64,000 nt of DNA from an uncultured Dehalococcoidia bacterium (GTDB lineage Bacteria > Chloroflexota > Dehalococcoidia > DSTF01 > JACRBR01), in NCBI GenBank assembly GCA_964599885.1, contig CAZRHH010000004.1, positions 9,082-73,081 on the forward strand, given 5' to 3'. The position numbers and the translations under genes were made by a program. The first letter of the stretch is position 1. Each line of letters starts with the position of its first letter. Shown here one piece after another: positions 38,875-49,198 of this stretch. The notes under the pieces are model-generated. The model saw only the letters and a list, made by a program, of their open reading frames with translations, was not told the DNA's origin and searched no databases.

Positions 38875-39916
38875 CGGCCGACTACCTGACCCCGATACCG
38901 CGATCCCGCTCGTCGAGACGATCGACCGCTCGGGGCGGCCGCTGCGTGATCTGCGGATCTCGGTGACGGACCGCTGCAACTTCCGGTGCCGGTACTGCAT
39001 GCCGCGCGAAGTGTTCGGCGCCGACTTCGCGTTTCTGCCGCGCGCGGAGATCCTGACCTTCGAAGAGATCACGCGGCTGGCGTGCATCTTCGCGGCGCAT
39101 GGCGTGCGCAAGTTCCGGCTGACAGGCGGCGAACCGCTATTGCGTAACGATCTGCCGTCGCTCGTACGCATGCTGTCGCAGATCGCGGACGTCGACATCG
39201 CGCTGACGACGAACGGATCGCTGCTCGCGCAGCAGGCGCGCGATCTGAAGGCGGCGGGATTGCAGCGCATCACCGTCAGTCTGGACTCGCTCGATGACGG
39301 CGTGTTCCGCGAGATGAACGATGCGGACTTCGACGTGGCGCGCGTGCTCGAAGGCATCGATGCGGCCGCGGCGGCCGGACTGGCGCCGGTAAAGATTAAC
39401 GCCGTCATCCGTCGGGGCGTGAACGATCACACGGCCGTCGACCTTGCGCGGCACTTCAAGCGCAGCGGTCACATTGTTCGCTTCATTGAGTACATGGATG
39501 TCGGCGCCACGAACGGCTGGCGGCTCGACGACGTGGTCCCCGGCGACGAACTTGTGCGGATGATCGGCGCCGAGATGCCGCTTATGCCCGCCGAAGCGCA
39601 GTATCGAGGCGAGGTGGCGCAGCGCTGGCGTTATGTCGATGGCAGCGGCGAGATCGGGCTGATCACTTCGGTCACGCAGCCGTTCTGCGGCGATTGCACG
39701 CGCGCGCGGCTCTCCGCGGACGGCTCGCTGTATACGTGCCTCTTTGCCACGTCCGGGACGGATCTGCGCGGTCCGATCCGTGCCGGAGTGACGGACGAAG
39801 TCCTCGCCAGTATCGTCGGCGGCGTCTGGAACCGGCGCGACGACCGCTATTCGGAGTTGCGCGCCGAGTCGGCGGCGCCGCCACAGCGCATCGAGATGTC
39901 GTACATCGGCGGGTAG
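38855..39916 (+). CDS. moaA: GTP 3',8-cyclase (radical SAM)
   Basis: [14 protein letters not shown] (CxxxCxxC) and C-terminal MoaA Cys cluster. The start is uncertain; it overlaps the rdgB 3' end by up to 20 nt. Confidence 0.85.
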   Translation: MTFQRSSGRLPDPDTAIPLVETIDRSGRPLRDLRISVTDRCNFRCRYCMPREVFGADFAFLPRAEILTFEEITRLACIFAAHGVRKFRLTGGEPLLRNDLPSLVRMLSQIADVDIALTTNGSLLAQQARDLKAAGLQRITVSLDSLDDGVFREMNDADFDVARVLEGIDAAAAAGLAPVKINAVIRRGVNDHTAVDLARHFKRSGHIVRFIEYMDVGATNGWRLDDVVPGDELVRMIGAEMPLMPAEAQYRGEVAQRWRYVDGSGEIGLITSVTQPFCGDCTRARLSADGSLYTCLFATSGTDLRGPIRAGVTDEVLASIVGGVWNRRDDRYSELRAESAAPPQRIEMSYIGG

Positions 39917-39925
39917 ACTGCTGCC

Positions 39926-40429
39926 ATGACGACAGAGTCCGACGAGGCATTCGGCAAACTCAGCCATATCGATGACGCGACGGGCCGCGCGCGCATGGTC
40001 GACGTCTCCGCGAAGGCCGACACAACGCGCGAAGCGACGGCGCGCGGCCGCATCGTCATGCGTCCCGAGACTCTCGCGCTGATCCGGCGCGAAGGCATGC
40101 CGAAGGGCGACGTCCTAGCCGTGGCGCAGATCGCGGGCATGATGGCGGCGAAGCGCACGCACGAACTCGTGCCGATGTGCCATCCCCTCCTGCTCACCGG
40201 CATCGAGGTGCGGCTGGAGCCGAACGTCGCGCGCCACTGCATCGAGATCGAGGCGACCGTGCGCACGACCGGTAAGACCGGCGTCGAGATGGAAGCGCTG
40301 ACTGCCGTGAGCGTCGCCGCGCTCACCGTCTACGACATGTGCAAAGCAGTAGACCGCGCGATGAAGATCGAGAACGTGCGGCTCGTGCGCAAGTCCGGCG
40401 GCAAGAGCGGAGCGATCACGCTGGAATAG
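39926..40429 (+). CDS. moaC: cyclic pyranopterin monophosphate synthase
   Basis: [14 protein letters not shown]...[24 protein letters not shown]. Confidence 0.9.
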   Translation: MTTESDEAFGKLSHIDDATGRARMVDVSAKADTTREATARGRIVMRPETLALIRREGMPKGDVLAVAQIAGMMAAKRTHELVPMCHPLLLTGIEVRLEPNVARHCIEIEATVRTTGKTGVEMEALTAVSVAALTVYDMCKAVDRAMKIENVRLVRKSGGKSGAITLE

Positions 40430-40576
40430 CCGTCCAAACCAAGTTCTAGCGCCCTCCAGCTTCCATCCTCCACCTTCTAGTGTTCCCATCGGGCACGCAC
40501 GACCTGACGGGGGCGGGCTTGTCATCAGGCGATCGCGGTGGCACGATACGGGCGGCGGGGAGCGAAAGGTGAGTAC

Positions 40577-41143
40577 ATGACGACCGATGCTATACCGTCC
40601 GACGAAGGGGCTGCGGAGAACGAGCGCGTGCCGTTTCCGCTGCAGGGTGACGAGCGGGTGATCCAGCTTGTCCGCAAGCACTGGCTGTTTCTCTGGCCGC
40701 GCGCTGTGTTGATGGTGCTGTTCGCGCTCGTGCCGGTGACGGTGATCGCGTTCGCGCTGTCGTGGGCTGACCAGTACGACGGGATCGTCGCGAAGATCTT
40801 CTGGGTCGTCGCTGGGCTGTGGATGCTGTACTGGTTCGCGCGCATCCTGCTCAACTGGTACCGCTATCACAACGACATCTGGGTGATCACGAACCAGCGC
40901 ATCGTCGACAGCATCAAGACAACGCCGTTCAATCACCGGTTGTCGACGGCGGACCTCGTCAACGTGCAGGACATGACGGTCGAGCGCAGCGGCATCCTGC
41001 ACACGATGTTCAACTACGGCGACATCATCTGCCAGACCGCATCGACCGGCGGCGACTTCACGCTCGTCGGCATCCCGCGCCCGGACGAAGTGCAGTTGCT
41101 CGTGGACAAGGAGCGCGATCGGGAGCGCATGCGGGGGCGCTGA
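40577..41143 (+). CDS. PH-domain (bPH_2/YdbT-like) membrane protein
   Basis: Two TM helices followed by a bacterial PH domain (NDIWVITNQRIVD). The 3' end is duplicated at 43136. Confidence 0.6.
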   Translation: MTTDAIPSDEGAAENERVPFPLQGDERVIQLVRKHWLFLWPRAVLMVLFALVPVTVIAFALSWADQYDGIVAKIFWVVAGLWMLYWFARILLNWYRYHNDIWVITNQRIVDSIKTTPFNHRLSTADLVNVQDMTVERSGILHTMFNYGDIICQTASTGGDFTLVGIPRPDEVQLLVDKERDRERMRGR

Positions 41144-41152
41144 GCGGAAGGC
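41090..41152 (+). repeat. direct repeat DR-L (3' end of the PH-domain gene including its stop)
   Basis: gtgcagttgctcgtggacaaggagcgcgatcgggagcgcatgcgggggcgctgagcggaaggc. About 85% identical to 43136-43198, with mostly synonymous differences. Confidence 0.8.
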
Positions 41153-41325
41153 GCGCCGTTGTTTGTTCAGCGCACATCGCCACTCAGCCGGGCAAGCACC
41201 AGGCCAGTCCGACACGGGACGGTCGTCGATGGTGCGTATCTTGATCGGACGCTCCATGTCATTGGATCGGCGAACCTTAGTGTGTCCGACCTGACTATTA
41301 GCGGAGGCTACGGGACATTCGACCC

Positions 41326-42960
41326 ATGACGCTTCCTGACTTGATGTGGGCTGCTCAGGGGATAGCACTCGTCGCGATCTTGATCACATGGCGCGGCCGG
41401 TTCGTTGTGCCGGCCGTTTTTGTGGCCGCGCTGGCCATTCTTGTTCTGCACGGTTACGTGTACTGGGATCACATCTCCGACGATGCATTCATTTCCTTCC
41501 GTTACTCTCAGAACCTCGCGCGCGGAGACGGACTCGTATGGAATCCTGACGAACGGGTTGAGGGATACTCGAATTTCCTCTGGGTGATCCTCCTGACGGG
41601 CACGGAGCTCTTGAGGATAGGCATCGTTGAACCATCGCGCTGGCTCGGCTTCGCTTCGACAGCTGGCGTCCTGGCCATAATCTATTTACTCGCCCAAGAG
41701 TTGACAGCATCCCGCCGGGATGCGGAAATCGCGTTCACGATCACGGCGCTGTTATTGGCTATCAGCGCGCCGGTTGCGATGTGGACGTTCGCTGGATTGG
41801 AGGAGCCGCTCTTTTCATTCCTAGTTGTGTCCGCCTTGTATTTGCACGTACGGGAAGTGCGCGCGGACTACAATCGGCCGTTTCAACTTTCGGCGGTAGT
41901 GTGCTTACTCGCTCTGTTGACCCGGCCCGACGGTTTTATCCTTGTGGGTGTTATCGGAGTACTCAAATGCTTCGAGTTGGTTGCCAAGTCACCTGACCGA
42001 CCAAAGTTCACGCAGTTCGCGTCATGGCTGCTTGCGATCGCGGTTCCCTTTGGGTGCTTCATCGCCTGGAGACTCTGGTACTACGACGATGTGCTACCGA
42101 ACACATTTTATCAAAAGCTCGACGGACGCGGTCTGTTCAATCGGGCCAGGATGGAAGACGGCTATCTCTACATCCGGCGGTTTTGGCGTGAGTATGGACT
42201 CGTTCTGATATTCCCCATTCCCTTCTTAAGCTTGCTTATCTCGGCTAAGCGGAAGGTCACTGCGAGCATCCTGCTGTTTTGCACCACATGGATGACCTAC
42301 GTGCTCATGATTGGCGGGGACTTCATGTGGTTCTTTCGATTCCTAGTGCCCGTGTATCCATTGCTGCTGCTCCTATCCGCTCATTTGCTCGTCGTGTGCT
42401 ACAGGCGGATATCGCCGCGGGTGCCCAAGGCTTCTGCGATTCTCGTTTGTGCCGCCTTCATGCTTGTGGCCATCACGATTATGCATGTGCCTGAGAAGGC
42501 CGTAGATGCGAATAATTTTGCTCTCGCCTCGCACCTGCACCGCAGAGAGATCGCTGTCTGGCTTCGTTCTCAGGACGAGCGCACAGTCGTCGCTGTAACC
42601 GCGGCGGGACAGGTTCCGTACGAGAGCCAGCTTCCGTCTATCGACATGCTGGGCCTCACGGACCGGCACATTGCGCGACAGCCTCCGTACCCGGGGAAAG
42701 GAGTGCCCGGGCACACGAAGGGCGACGCTCGCTATGTCCTGGACCTGCGTCCCGATGTGATCATGTACGGCTCTTTTCTTCAGTTCGAGGTCTGGACATT
42801 GACTTACTGGCAGAACTTGATTCCCTTCCTACCAGCCTATCGAGATCTATTTGAGCAACCGGATCTTTGGGAGTTGTACGAGCCAGCCTCGGTAAGGCTC
42901 GAACATGGCTACTTCAACTTCCTCAAACTTAAGAGCACGACCAGACTACGAATCCCATAA
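41326..42960 (+). CDS. GT-C-fold membrane glycosyltransferase (ArnT/PMT/arabinofuranosyltransferase-like)
   Basis: 544 aa, about 12 TM segments, DDAFISFRY acidic motif in the first periplasmic loop. Markedly lower GC than its flanks. Confidence 0.6.
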   Translation: MTLPDLMWAAQGIALVAILITWRGRFVVPAVFVAALAILVLHGYVYWDHISDDAFISFRYSQNLARGDGLVWNPDERVEGYSNFLWVILLTGTELLRIGIVEPSRWLGFASTAGVLAIIYLLAQELTASRRDAEIAFTITALLLAISAPVAMWTFAGLEEPLFSFLVVSALYLHVREVRADYNRPFQLSAVVCLLALLTRPDGFILVGVIGVLKCFELVAKSPDRPKFTQFASWLLAIAVPFGCFIAWRLWYYDDVLPNTFYQKLDGRGLFNRARMEDGYLYIRRFWREYGLVLIFPIPFLSLLISAKRKVTASILLFCTTWMTYVLMIGGDFMWFFRFLVPVYPLLLLLSAHLLVVCYRRISPRVPKASAILVCAAFMLVAITIMHVPEKAVDANNFALASHLHRREIAVWLRSQDERTVVAVTAAGQVPYESQLPSIDMLGLTDRHIARQPPYPGKGVPGHTKGDARYVLDLRPDVIMYGSFLQFEVWTLTYWQNLIPFLPAYRDLFEQPDLWELYEPASVRLEHGYFNFLKLKSTTRLRIP

Positions 42961-43135
42961 CTCCGGGTGCCAGCAAGGAAAGGCGACTCCATTCCTGGGA
43001 AAGGGTCCCCATCGCATCGACTGGGCAAAGGGGTAGGGACTGAAGGCTGCAATCGCAAAGGTCATGGGAGACAGGATTGCACGAGGCAATTTCAATGGCT
43101 ACTTCGCCGCCGTCGCGCGCTGCTGCGGCCCAGCG

Positions 43136-43198
43136 GTGCAGCTGCTGGTGGATAGGGAGCGCGATCGGGAGCGGACCCGGGGGCGGTGAGGGGAAGGC
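43136..43198 (+). repeat. direct repeat DR-R (relic copy of the PH-domain gene 3' end with preserved frame and stop)
   Basis: gtgcagctgctggtggatagggagcgcgatcgggagcggacccgggggcggtgaggggaaggc translates VQLLVDRERDRERTRGR*, versus VQLLVDKERDRERMRGR* in the intact gene. Confidence 0.8.
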
Positions 43199-43264
43199 CG
43201 ACGGATTGCGCGGGTCGGGTGGATGCGCTGCAACCTGAACGAATGCGGCACACCCGGTGGTGCG

Positions 43265-46003
43265 TCAGGCGGCGTCGGGTTGAGCGCGTTCCCGCTCGAA
43301 GAGCTTCGTGATGTCTTGGGGCTGCATGGGCTTGGCGAAGAGGAAGCCCTGACCCAGCTCGCAGTCCAAAGCTTGCAACCTGGACAGCTGGGCTCCTCGC
43401 TCGATGCCTTCGGCGACAACTTCGAGGTCGAGCGTCTTGCCGAGCTCAATGATCGCCCTGGCGATCTCCTTCTGGTTGACGCTCGTACCCAGGTCGTCGA
43501 TGAACGACTTGTCGATCTTCAGGAAGTCGAACGGGAACTGCCGGAGGTAGCTCAATGATGAGTAACCGGTGCCAAAGTCATCGATCGCGAGACCAACACC
43601 CAGTTCCTTGAGCTCCCGCAGGCGGACCAGCATCAGGTTGACGTCATACATCATGACGCTCTCGGTGATCTCCAGGATGAGCCGGCGCGGTTCCAGGCCC
43701 GTCTCGGCCAGCACGGTGCGCACGTCTTCAACGAAGGACGGTGCGTCGAGCTGTTTGGCGGAAACATTCACGCTCATCGTCCAGACTGGGTTGGACGGGA
43801 ACTGCTGCTGCCACTGAAACGCCTGCGCGCACGCCTGCCGGAGGATCCAGAGCCCCAGCGGGAGGATTGCGCCCGACTCCTCGGCGAGCGGGATGAACTC
43901 CTGGGGTGGCACCAACCCTCTCCGCGGGTGCTGCCATCGCACCAGCGCCTCGACGCCGTAGAGTTCGCCCTGCTTCAGCAGAAAGATCGGCTGGTAGTGA
44001 AGGACGAACTCTTCTCGCTCCACAGCGCGCGGGAGATCGGCCAGTAGTTCCAGGCGCTCGCTAAGCGACGTCTCCATGCTCAACTCGAACACCCGGTAGC
44101 AGCCCTTGCCGTGCGCTTTCGCGACGTACATCGCGATGTCGGCACGCCGAAGGAGCGTCTCCGCCTCCAGTTCCTGCGGCTGCTGCTCGGTCATCGCGAT
44201 GCCGAGGCTCGCGCGCACGAGAAGTTCCTTCGCGTCGACGTCAAACGACCGGGCGAGCGATTCGAGTACGCGATCCGCGACAGCGGTCGCATCCTCCACC
44301 GAGTCGATGTCTTCGAGCAGAATCGCGAACTCGTCTCCGCCAAGGCGCGCCAGCGTGTCGGCGGGCCGCAGACAACCGGTCACGCGCTCGCCCACCTGCG
44401 CCAGCACCAGGTCACCCGACGTGTGCCCGAACCTGTCGTTGATACTCTTGAAATCGTCCAGGTCCAGAAAGAGCACGGCCACCTGCGTACGTGACCGCGA
44501 CCGTCGCGCCAGCGCGTGATCCAGCCGATCGGCGAATCCGGTGCGGTTCGCAAGCCGCGTCAGCGGATCGTGCAAGGTCTGGTGTCGGAGCTGGTCCTCG
44601 AGTCGTTTTCGCTCGGTCATGTCGCGGACGTTGAGTACGAGCCCGCCGATCGCCGGGTTCGCACATTGGTCGCTGCCGGTGAACTCCAGATAACGCCAGA
44701 TCCCGTCGCTGTCGCGCAGGCGCCCTTCACCTGTGATCGTGCCCGCCGGCTTCATCATCAAGTCCCCAAGGGTCGCGACGAACTGGGCGCGGTCGTCTGG
44801 ATGTACGAAGTCGACGAGCTTTGCGGCGACAACCTGATCCGGATCGTAGCCGAGCACGCGCCGCACGGCGGGGCTCTGGTAGAGCACTGTCGTATCCGGA
44901 CTGATGACTGTGATCAGATCGGACGCGTTCTGCACGAGCGACCGAAATCGCTCTTCGCTGCGCCAGCGTTCGGTGATGTCGTGGATGATGAATACCGTCC
45001 CGACCCACTCACCAAGGTGGTCGAGCAGCTTCGAGCTCGACAGGATGGCGGCGCGCAACGATCCGTCGCTGCCCTCGTGGATCACCTCCAGCTCATGCTC
45101 GCCCTCGGGATCGCGCAGTCGCTCGAGCGCACCATCGCCCCAGCGCTGATCCAGCTCATCGAGTGACGTGCCCACCATGCTGCGACTCATTCCCCACACC
45201 GCTTGAGCCGACTCGTTCGCTACGCGCACCGTACCGTCTCGGTCGGTCACCAGCAGACCCTCCGCCATCGTGTCAATGATCTGCCGCGCCGCGAGGGCTG
45301 GCGTGATGTCGATGATGCGGTATCGCCAAATGTAGTACGTCGCGATCGCGACATAACCCAAAATGAAGATGTACCCGAAGGGATACACGCCGATGTGCAT
45401 TGCTGCCAGAAAGTCGACCGTGGCCGGCAGGGCCACGGCCAGCGCCACAAGCCGCAGCCGCATGCGCTTCTTGTGCGTGACGGACTGTGTCGCCTGCTGC
45501 CCCATCCGATAGAGCACGCCGCCGCCGACGAAGAACAGCCCGTAATAGGGAATGAGGAACTTCCCGGCGGGACCGTAGATCGGGTAGTAGCCCCAGAAGT
45601 ATTCGTGGATTCCGCTCAGCAACAGATCGGAGCCCAATGCAAGCGCCGCGAACACACTCGAGACGGCGAGCCCGATGATGATGCCCGCACGCATCGCGCG
45701 GAGCTTTGAACTCCCGTTCGCAGCATGTATGAATGCAAACACAGGGACGAACACCGTCCCGACCATGGAGATCTTCACCCAGACGAGCGCGACGTCGGGG
45801 TCGTGCGTGGAATTGGCGCCGCCGAGGCCCATCAGCCAGACGCCGATTGGCAACGTCATCAACAGCAGCGTTACGCTCTGAGTGGACCCGCGCTCACGTC
45901 TCCACGTGCCGAGACCGAACACCCAGTTCAGGGCGCCCACAACGATGACAGGTACGGCGTACCAGCTAAAGAAGTAAGCGGAGGGGTCCAGGAACTCGTT
46001 CAT
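43265..46003 (-). CDS. membrane sensor diguanylate cyclase/phosphodiesterase (multi-TM N-terminal domain, PAS domains, GGDEF, EAL)
   Basis: 912 aa; RLGGDEFAILL (GGDEF); EALVRW (EAL); PAS-like blocks; hydrophobic N-terminus of ~280 aa. Confidence 0.9.
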   Translation of the reverse strand: MNEFLDPSAYFFSWYAVPVIVVGALNWVFGLGTWRRERGSTQSVTLLLMTLPIGVWLMGLGGANSTHDPDVALVWVKISMVGTVFVPVFAFIHAANGSSKLRAMRAGIIIGLAVSSVFAALALGSDLLLSGIHEYFWGYYPIYGPAGKFLIPYYGLFFVGGGVLYRMGQQATQSVTHKKRMRLRLVALAVALPATVDFLAAMHIGVYPFGYIFILGYVAIATYYIWRYRIIDITPALAARQIIDTMAEGLLVTDRDGTVRVANESAQAVWGMSRSMVGTSLDELDQRWGDGALERLRDPEGEHELEVIHEGSDGSLRAAILSSSKLLDHLGEWVGTVFIIHDITERWRSEERFRSLVQNASDLITVISPDTTVLYQSPAVRRVLGYDPDQVVAAKLVDFVHPDDRAQFVATLGDLMMKPAGTITGEGRLRDSDGIWRYLEFTGSDQCANPAIGGLVLNVRDMTERKRLEDQLRHQTLHDPLTRLANRTGFADRLDHALARRSRSRTQVAVLFLDLDDFKSINDRFGHTSGDLVLAQVGERVTGCLRPADTLARLGGDEFAILLEDIDSVEDATAVADRVLESLARSFDVDAKELLVRASLGIAMTEQQPQELEAETLLRRADIAMYVAKAHGKGCYRVFELSMETSLSERLELLADLPRAVEREEFVLHYQPIFLLKQGELYGVEALVRWQHPRRGLVPPQEFIPLAEESGAILPLGLWILRQACAQAFQWQQQFPSNPVWTMSVNVSAKQLDAPSFVEDVRTVLAETGLEPRRLILEITESVMMYDVNLMLVRLRELKELGVGLAIDDFGTGYSSLSYLRQFPFDFLKIDKSFIDDLGTSVNQKEIARAIIELGKTLDLEVVAEGIERGAQLSRLQALDCELGQGFLFAKPMQPQDITKLFERERAQPDAA

Positions 46004-46302
46004 CGGCGGCTGACCTCGGCAGTCCGAACGTCAACTGACCCGCAAAGGCTCGGCTGCGGGTCAGGGTCAGTCAGGCACATGCCGAACGAGTATCGACCGA
46101 ACGGAGCACCGAATGAAGGGGCGGTCAGGTATCTGAATAGTCAGAAGAGTGCAGTTCCGACTCGATCAGCTCACCACCGTCGTTCACGCTTGCCGGGACA
46201 AAGAACGCGATCGCGAGCGGACTCGGGGCCGGTGATCGATCCGAGATTGGGGCGGGCTTTCGGCACTGGAGGGTGGAGACTGGACGGTTGACCTCCGCTC
46301 CT

Positions 46303-46941
46303 TCAGTCCACCGAGCGCCAAGCTAAACCCACATGGATGCCGTGTCCGATCGAGTCGTCGATTTGTCGATGCAGCGTGAGGGCTACAATCCGATCGTCGG
46401 AAACGTTGTAAGGATTTCTGACATCCGGCTCCCCAAGAACCGGCCCCATCGCATCGCCGGTGGGTTTCCACAACATCACCCAATTGCGGGTGGGAGAGCA
46501 TCGCCACGTGAGATCCACCTCGACTGGCCCGGGCGGGAGCTGGGTGTGCACCCGCGTAAGCGCCAGCCGGATGCGTTCCTTCCATGCCTTCTGGGTCGAT
46601 CCGCTGCCTGCATCTACGACCGCTTGAACCCACGAATCGGCCAAACTTTCGACAGCCGGCTCGGCGCGACCGATTGAGACTTCCGAGCCACCGCCGACGC
46701 GTTTTATCGCGCGAACCATCACGAAGCGGCGCCAGCCCAAATGACTCACTATGGGCGTGAGGTAATTTTCGAGGTCGTGGTGCCTGAGCAGGCGGCTCGG
46801 ATCGAGAACGTCGACGACAAGATCGAGGTAAAGCTGTTCACCCTCGGGAATGTCATCCATGAGCAAGAGCTCACGCAACCCCAGGAGATACGCCCGCATG
46901 CGCACTTGGGAAGGATGGTCCTGCCGCTCCCATGTTGCCAA
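46303..46941 (-). CDS. hypothetical protein (212 aa) immediately downstream of dnaN
   Basis: Lower-GC ORF. The segment LDLVVDVLDPSRLLRHHDLENYL...FVMVRAIKRVGGG loosely recalls the RusA resolvase core but lacks its acidic catalytic pair. Confidence 0.45.
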   Translation of the reverse strand: MATWERQDHPSQVRMRAYLLGLRELLLMDDIPEGEQLYLDLVVDVLDPSRLLRHHDLENYLTPIVSHLGWRRFVMVRAIKRVGGGSEVSIGRAEPAVESLADSWVQAVVDAGSGSTQKAWKERIRLALTRVHTQLPPGPVEVDLTWRCSPTRNWVMLWKPTGDAMGPVLGEPDVRNPYNVSDDRIVALTLHRQIDDSIGHGIHVGLAWRSVD

Positions 46942-47038
46942 GAGCGGCGAAATCCCGGTGTGGCTACAGTAGGTGGCGCCGAACTCCCAACGCTGGGGCA
47001 GCGGAGCGGTGTCCGAGTTCCACGAAGTGTCTAGCCAG

Positions 47039-48172
47039 CTACCACTGCACGAACATGGGCATCACGACGTGGACGTAGTTGTCGGATTCGAGTGGGCGGA
47101 TGACGGCGGGTTGTGACGGGCCCGTCGTTTCGAGGGCGACGCGGCCACCGTCGAGCACCTGCAGCACTTCTTGCAGATACTTGCCGTTCAGGGCGATCTT
47201 CGACGGCTCGCCTTCGACGACGGCGTCGAGCTCGCCCTGGTTGTCGCCGATCTCTTCGGCGCGGGCCGACAGCGCCATGTGTCCGGGCGTTCCGTCTTCG
47301 CCGGCTTCGAACGTGATGCGGACGATGCCGCTGCCGTCACGCGCGAAGATCGACGCGATCTTCGTCTCCTGCAGGAAGTCGCGCACTTCGACGACGGCGC
47401 GGCTGCCCCATTCTTTCGGCAGCAGGCGGCTGTAGTCGGGGAACGTGCCCTGGATGAGCTGCGCGACGAGCTCGACATCCTTCAGCCGGAACAGCACCTG
47501 CGTCTTCGTGGCGTTGAACGTCATCGTGACGGGCTCTTCCTGATCCTGGAGCAGGCGGTTCAACTCGCCGAGCGCCTTCGCCGGGACGATCACTTCTTGC
47601 TTCTCCGGCGCCTTCTTCTTGAGCTTGAGGTGGCGCACCGCGAGCCGGAACCCGTCGGTGGCGGCGAACGTCAGCTGATCGTTCTCGACGACGAGATGCA
47701 CGCCGGTGAGTACCGGCCGCGAGTCGTCGGTGGCGGCGGAGAAGACGACCTGCGTAGTCGCCTCGCGCAGCGCCTTGGGATCGATTTCGAGCGATCCGCC
47801 GTCTTCGACAGCCGGGATCGCCGGGAAGTCGTCGGCATCGATGCCGCCGATCGTGGCCTCGTTGCGCGCGCATTTCACCTTGAGCTGCTTCGAGCGGGCG
47901 GGCAGCGTGAACTCGATTTTTTCAGACGGAAGCGAGTTTACGAAGTCCGTCAGCAGGCGCGCGGGGACTGTGATGGCCCCCTCTTCTTCTATCTGGCCGC
48001 CGATCCAGCAGCTCAGCGCGATGTCGAGATTCGTCGCCGCCAGCTTGATGCGGCCATGCTCCGTCGTGATCAGCACGTTCGCCGTAATCGGCAGCGTGCT
48101 GCGCAGCGCGACCGCGCGACCGACGATTCCGAGACCTCGCGCGAGGTTCTCCTGTAGACACGTAACCTTCAT
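47039..48172 (-). CDS. dnaN: DNA polymerase III beta sliding clamp
   Basis: MKVTCLQENLARGLGIVGRAV...; three-domain ~377-aa clamp. ATG at 48172. Confidence 0.9.
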   Translation of the reverse strand: MKVTCLQENLARGLGIVGRAVALRSTLPITANVLITTEHGRIKLAATNLDIALSCWIGGQIEEEGAITVPARLLTDFVNSLPSEKIEFTLPARSKQLKVKCARNEATIGGIDADDFPAIPAVEDGGSLEIDPKALREATTQVVFSAATDDSRPVLTGVHLVVENDQLTFAATDGFRLAVRHLKLKKKAPEKQEVIVPAKALGELNRLLQDQEEPVTMTFNATKTQVLFRLKDVELVAQLIQGTFPDYSRLLPKEWGSRAVVEVRDFLQETKIASIFARDGSGIVRITFEAGEDGTPGHMALSARAEEIGDNQGELDAVVEGEPSKIALNGKYLQEVLQVLDGGRVALETTGPSQPAVIRPLESDNYVHVVMPMFVQW

Positions 48173-48461
48173 AGCGCTCACCTGTGTAACCATATTACGC
48201 GGAGTATAAGACAGCCCTCAGGAAGCGACAATAGATCAACGCGCATGATCATTTTCTTATGGATAGTAGGTTGTTCTTCGCTTCGCCGGGGCAGCGCAGC
48301 GTCTGCTGTCGCATCCGCTGCTTTCTGAAAAGGTGTTTTTCGGGGGACACCCCCGCGCCCCCGGCAGGCGCTGCGCCCTGCACCCGCCGCGGCTGGTCGC
48401 TGGTCACTGGTGGGTGATCGGTGATCGGTGAAGCATGGCACGGGACGGCGAGGAGCACGAC

Positions 48462-48969
48462 TCAGATTACGCGGGAGTTGTCGAAGTACTGGACGGGGCC
48501 GCGCCAGCGGTCGTCGTTCCACGCGTGTTCTTCGTACTGGCCGTTGGTGTAGCGGCCGATGATGGCGCGCCAGAATGCATGGGCGCGGTCATTCGCGGCG
48601 AGCTCGCGCACCTGCCAGCGTGCGGGGTATTCGTCGAACATTTGGCGCGCCATCAACTCGCCCGCTCCGTGGCGGCGATACTTCTGCATCACGAAGAACT
48701 CGGCCACGTCCATCACTGGTTCGCCGCCATCGAGCGGTGCGTCGTCGCGCCGCACAAGCACGAAACCCGCCAGCTTGCCGCCGATGCGCAGCAGAAACGG
48801 ATGGCGCGTCGCTTCCTCGAAGTAGCTGTCGAGGCGGTCGAAGCCGTAGCGGCCGTCGTCCTCGACGTCGGTGTCTTCCATCGACGTGAACTCGTAGATG
48901 TAGAGTTCGAGGAGGTTGCCGAGGATCTCGCGGTCTTCGGGACGGGCTTTGTTGATGGTGATGTTCAAT
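48462..48969 (-). CDS. GNAT-family N-acetyltransferase
   Basis: Acetyl-CoA-binding motif (QKYRRHGAGELMARQMF). The track ORF extends to 48995, but those codons are the reverse complement of the CACAGAGG repeat, so a TTG start near 48969 is preferred. Confidence 0.65.
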
Positions 48970-48971
48970 TT

Positions 48972-49000
48972 TTCACCACAGGGGCACAGAGGCACAGAGG
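48972..49000 (+). repeat. TTCACCACAGAG-family repeat (copy 4)
   Basis: ttcaccacaggggcacagaggcacagagg. Confidence 0.85.
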
Positions 49001-49198
49001 ATTCATTTGGATGGGAAGGGCGATCTCGCTGAATTCGAGCCTTGCGATGACCGAGGAGGACGAACCTAAAGGTTCTTCGTGCGTTGATGGTGCAGGAATT
49101 CGGCGGTTGCGCCTGCCCGACCGGGACGGACCTGAAGGTTCGTCCCTACCTCGATGCGGGGCGCCCGACCTCTCACTCCCCACCTCTCACCGTCCCAA

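Noticed and set aside
37354-39408. 684-aa minus-strand ORF
   Set aside because: It spans three well-supported plus-strand genes (SGNH hydrolase, rdgB, moaA). It is a high-GC antisense artefact.
46030-46058. Hairpin tgacccgca-aaggctcggc-tgcgggtca considered as a terminator
   Set aside because: No U-tract on either strand follows it. It may be structural but is not a canonical rho-independent terminator.
46303-46941. RusA Holliday-junction resolvase call for the 212-aa ORF
   Set aside because: The local similarity (RHHDLENYL / VRAIKRVGGG) is suggestive, but the catalytic Asp pair is absent and the protein is about 80 aa longer than RusA. Left as hypothetical.
48178-48460. Possible oriC upstream of dnaN
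   Set aside because: Only weak DnaA-box-like matches and no dnaA adjacent. Kept as a low-interest note, not a feature call.
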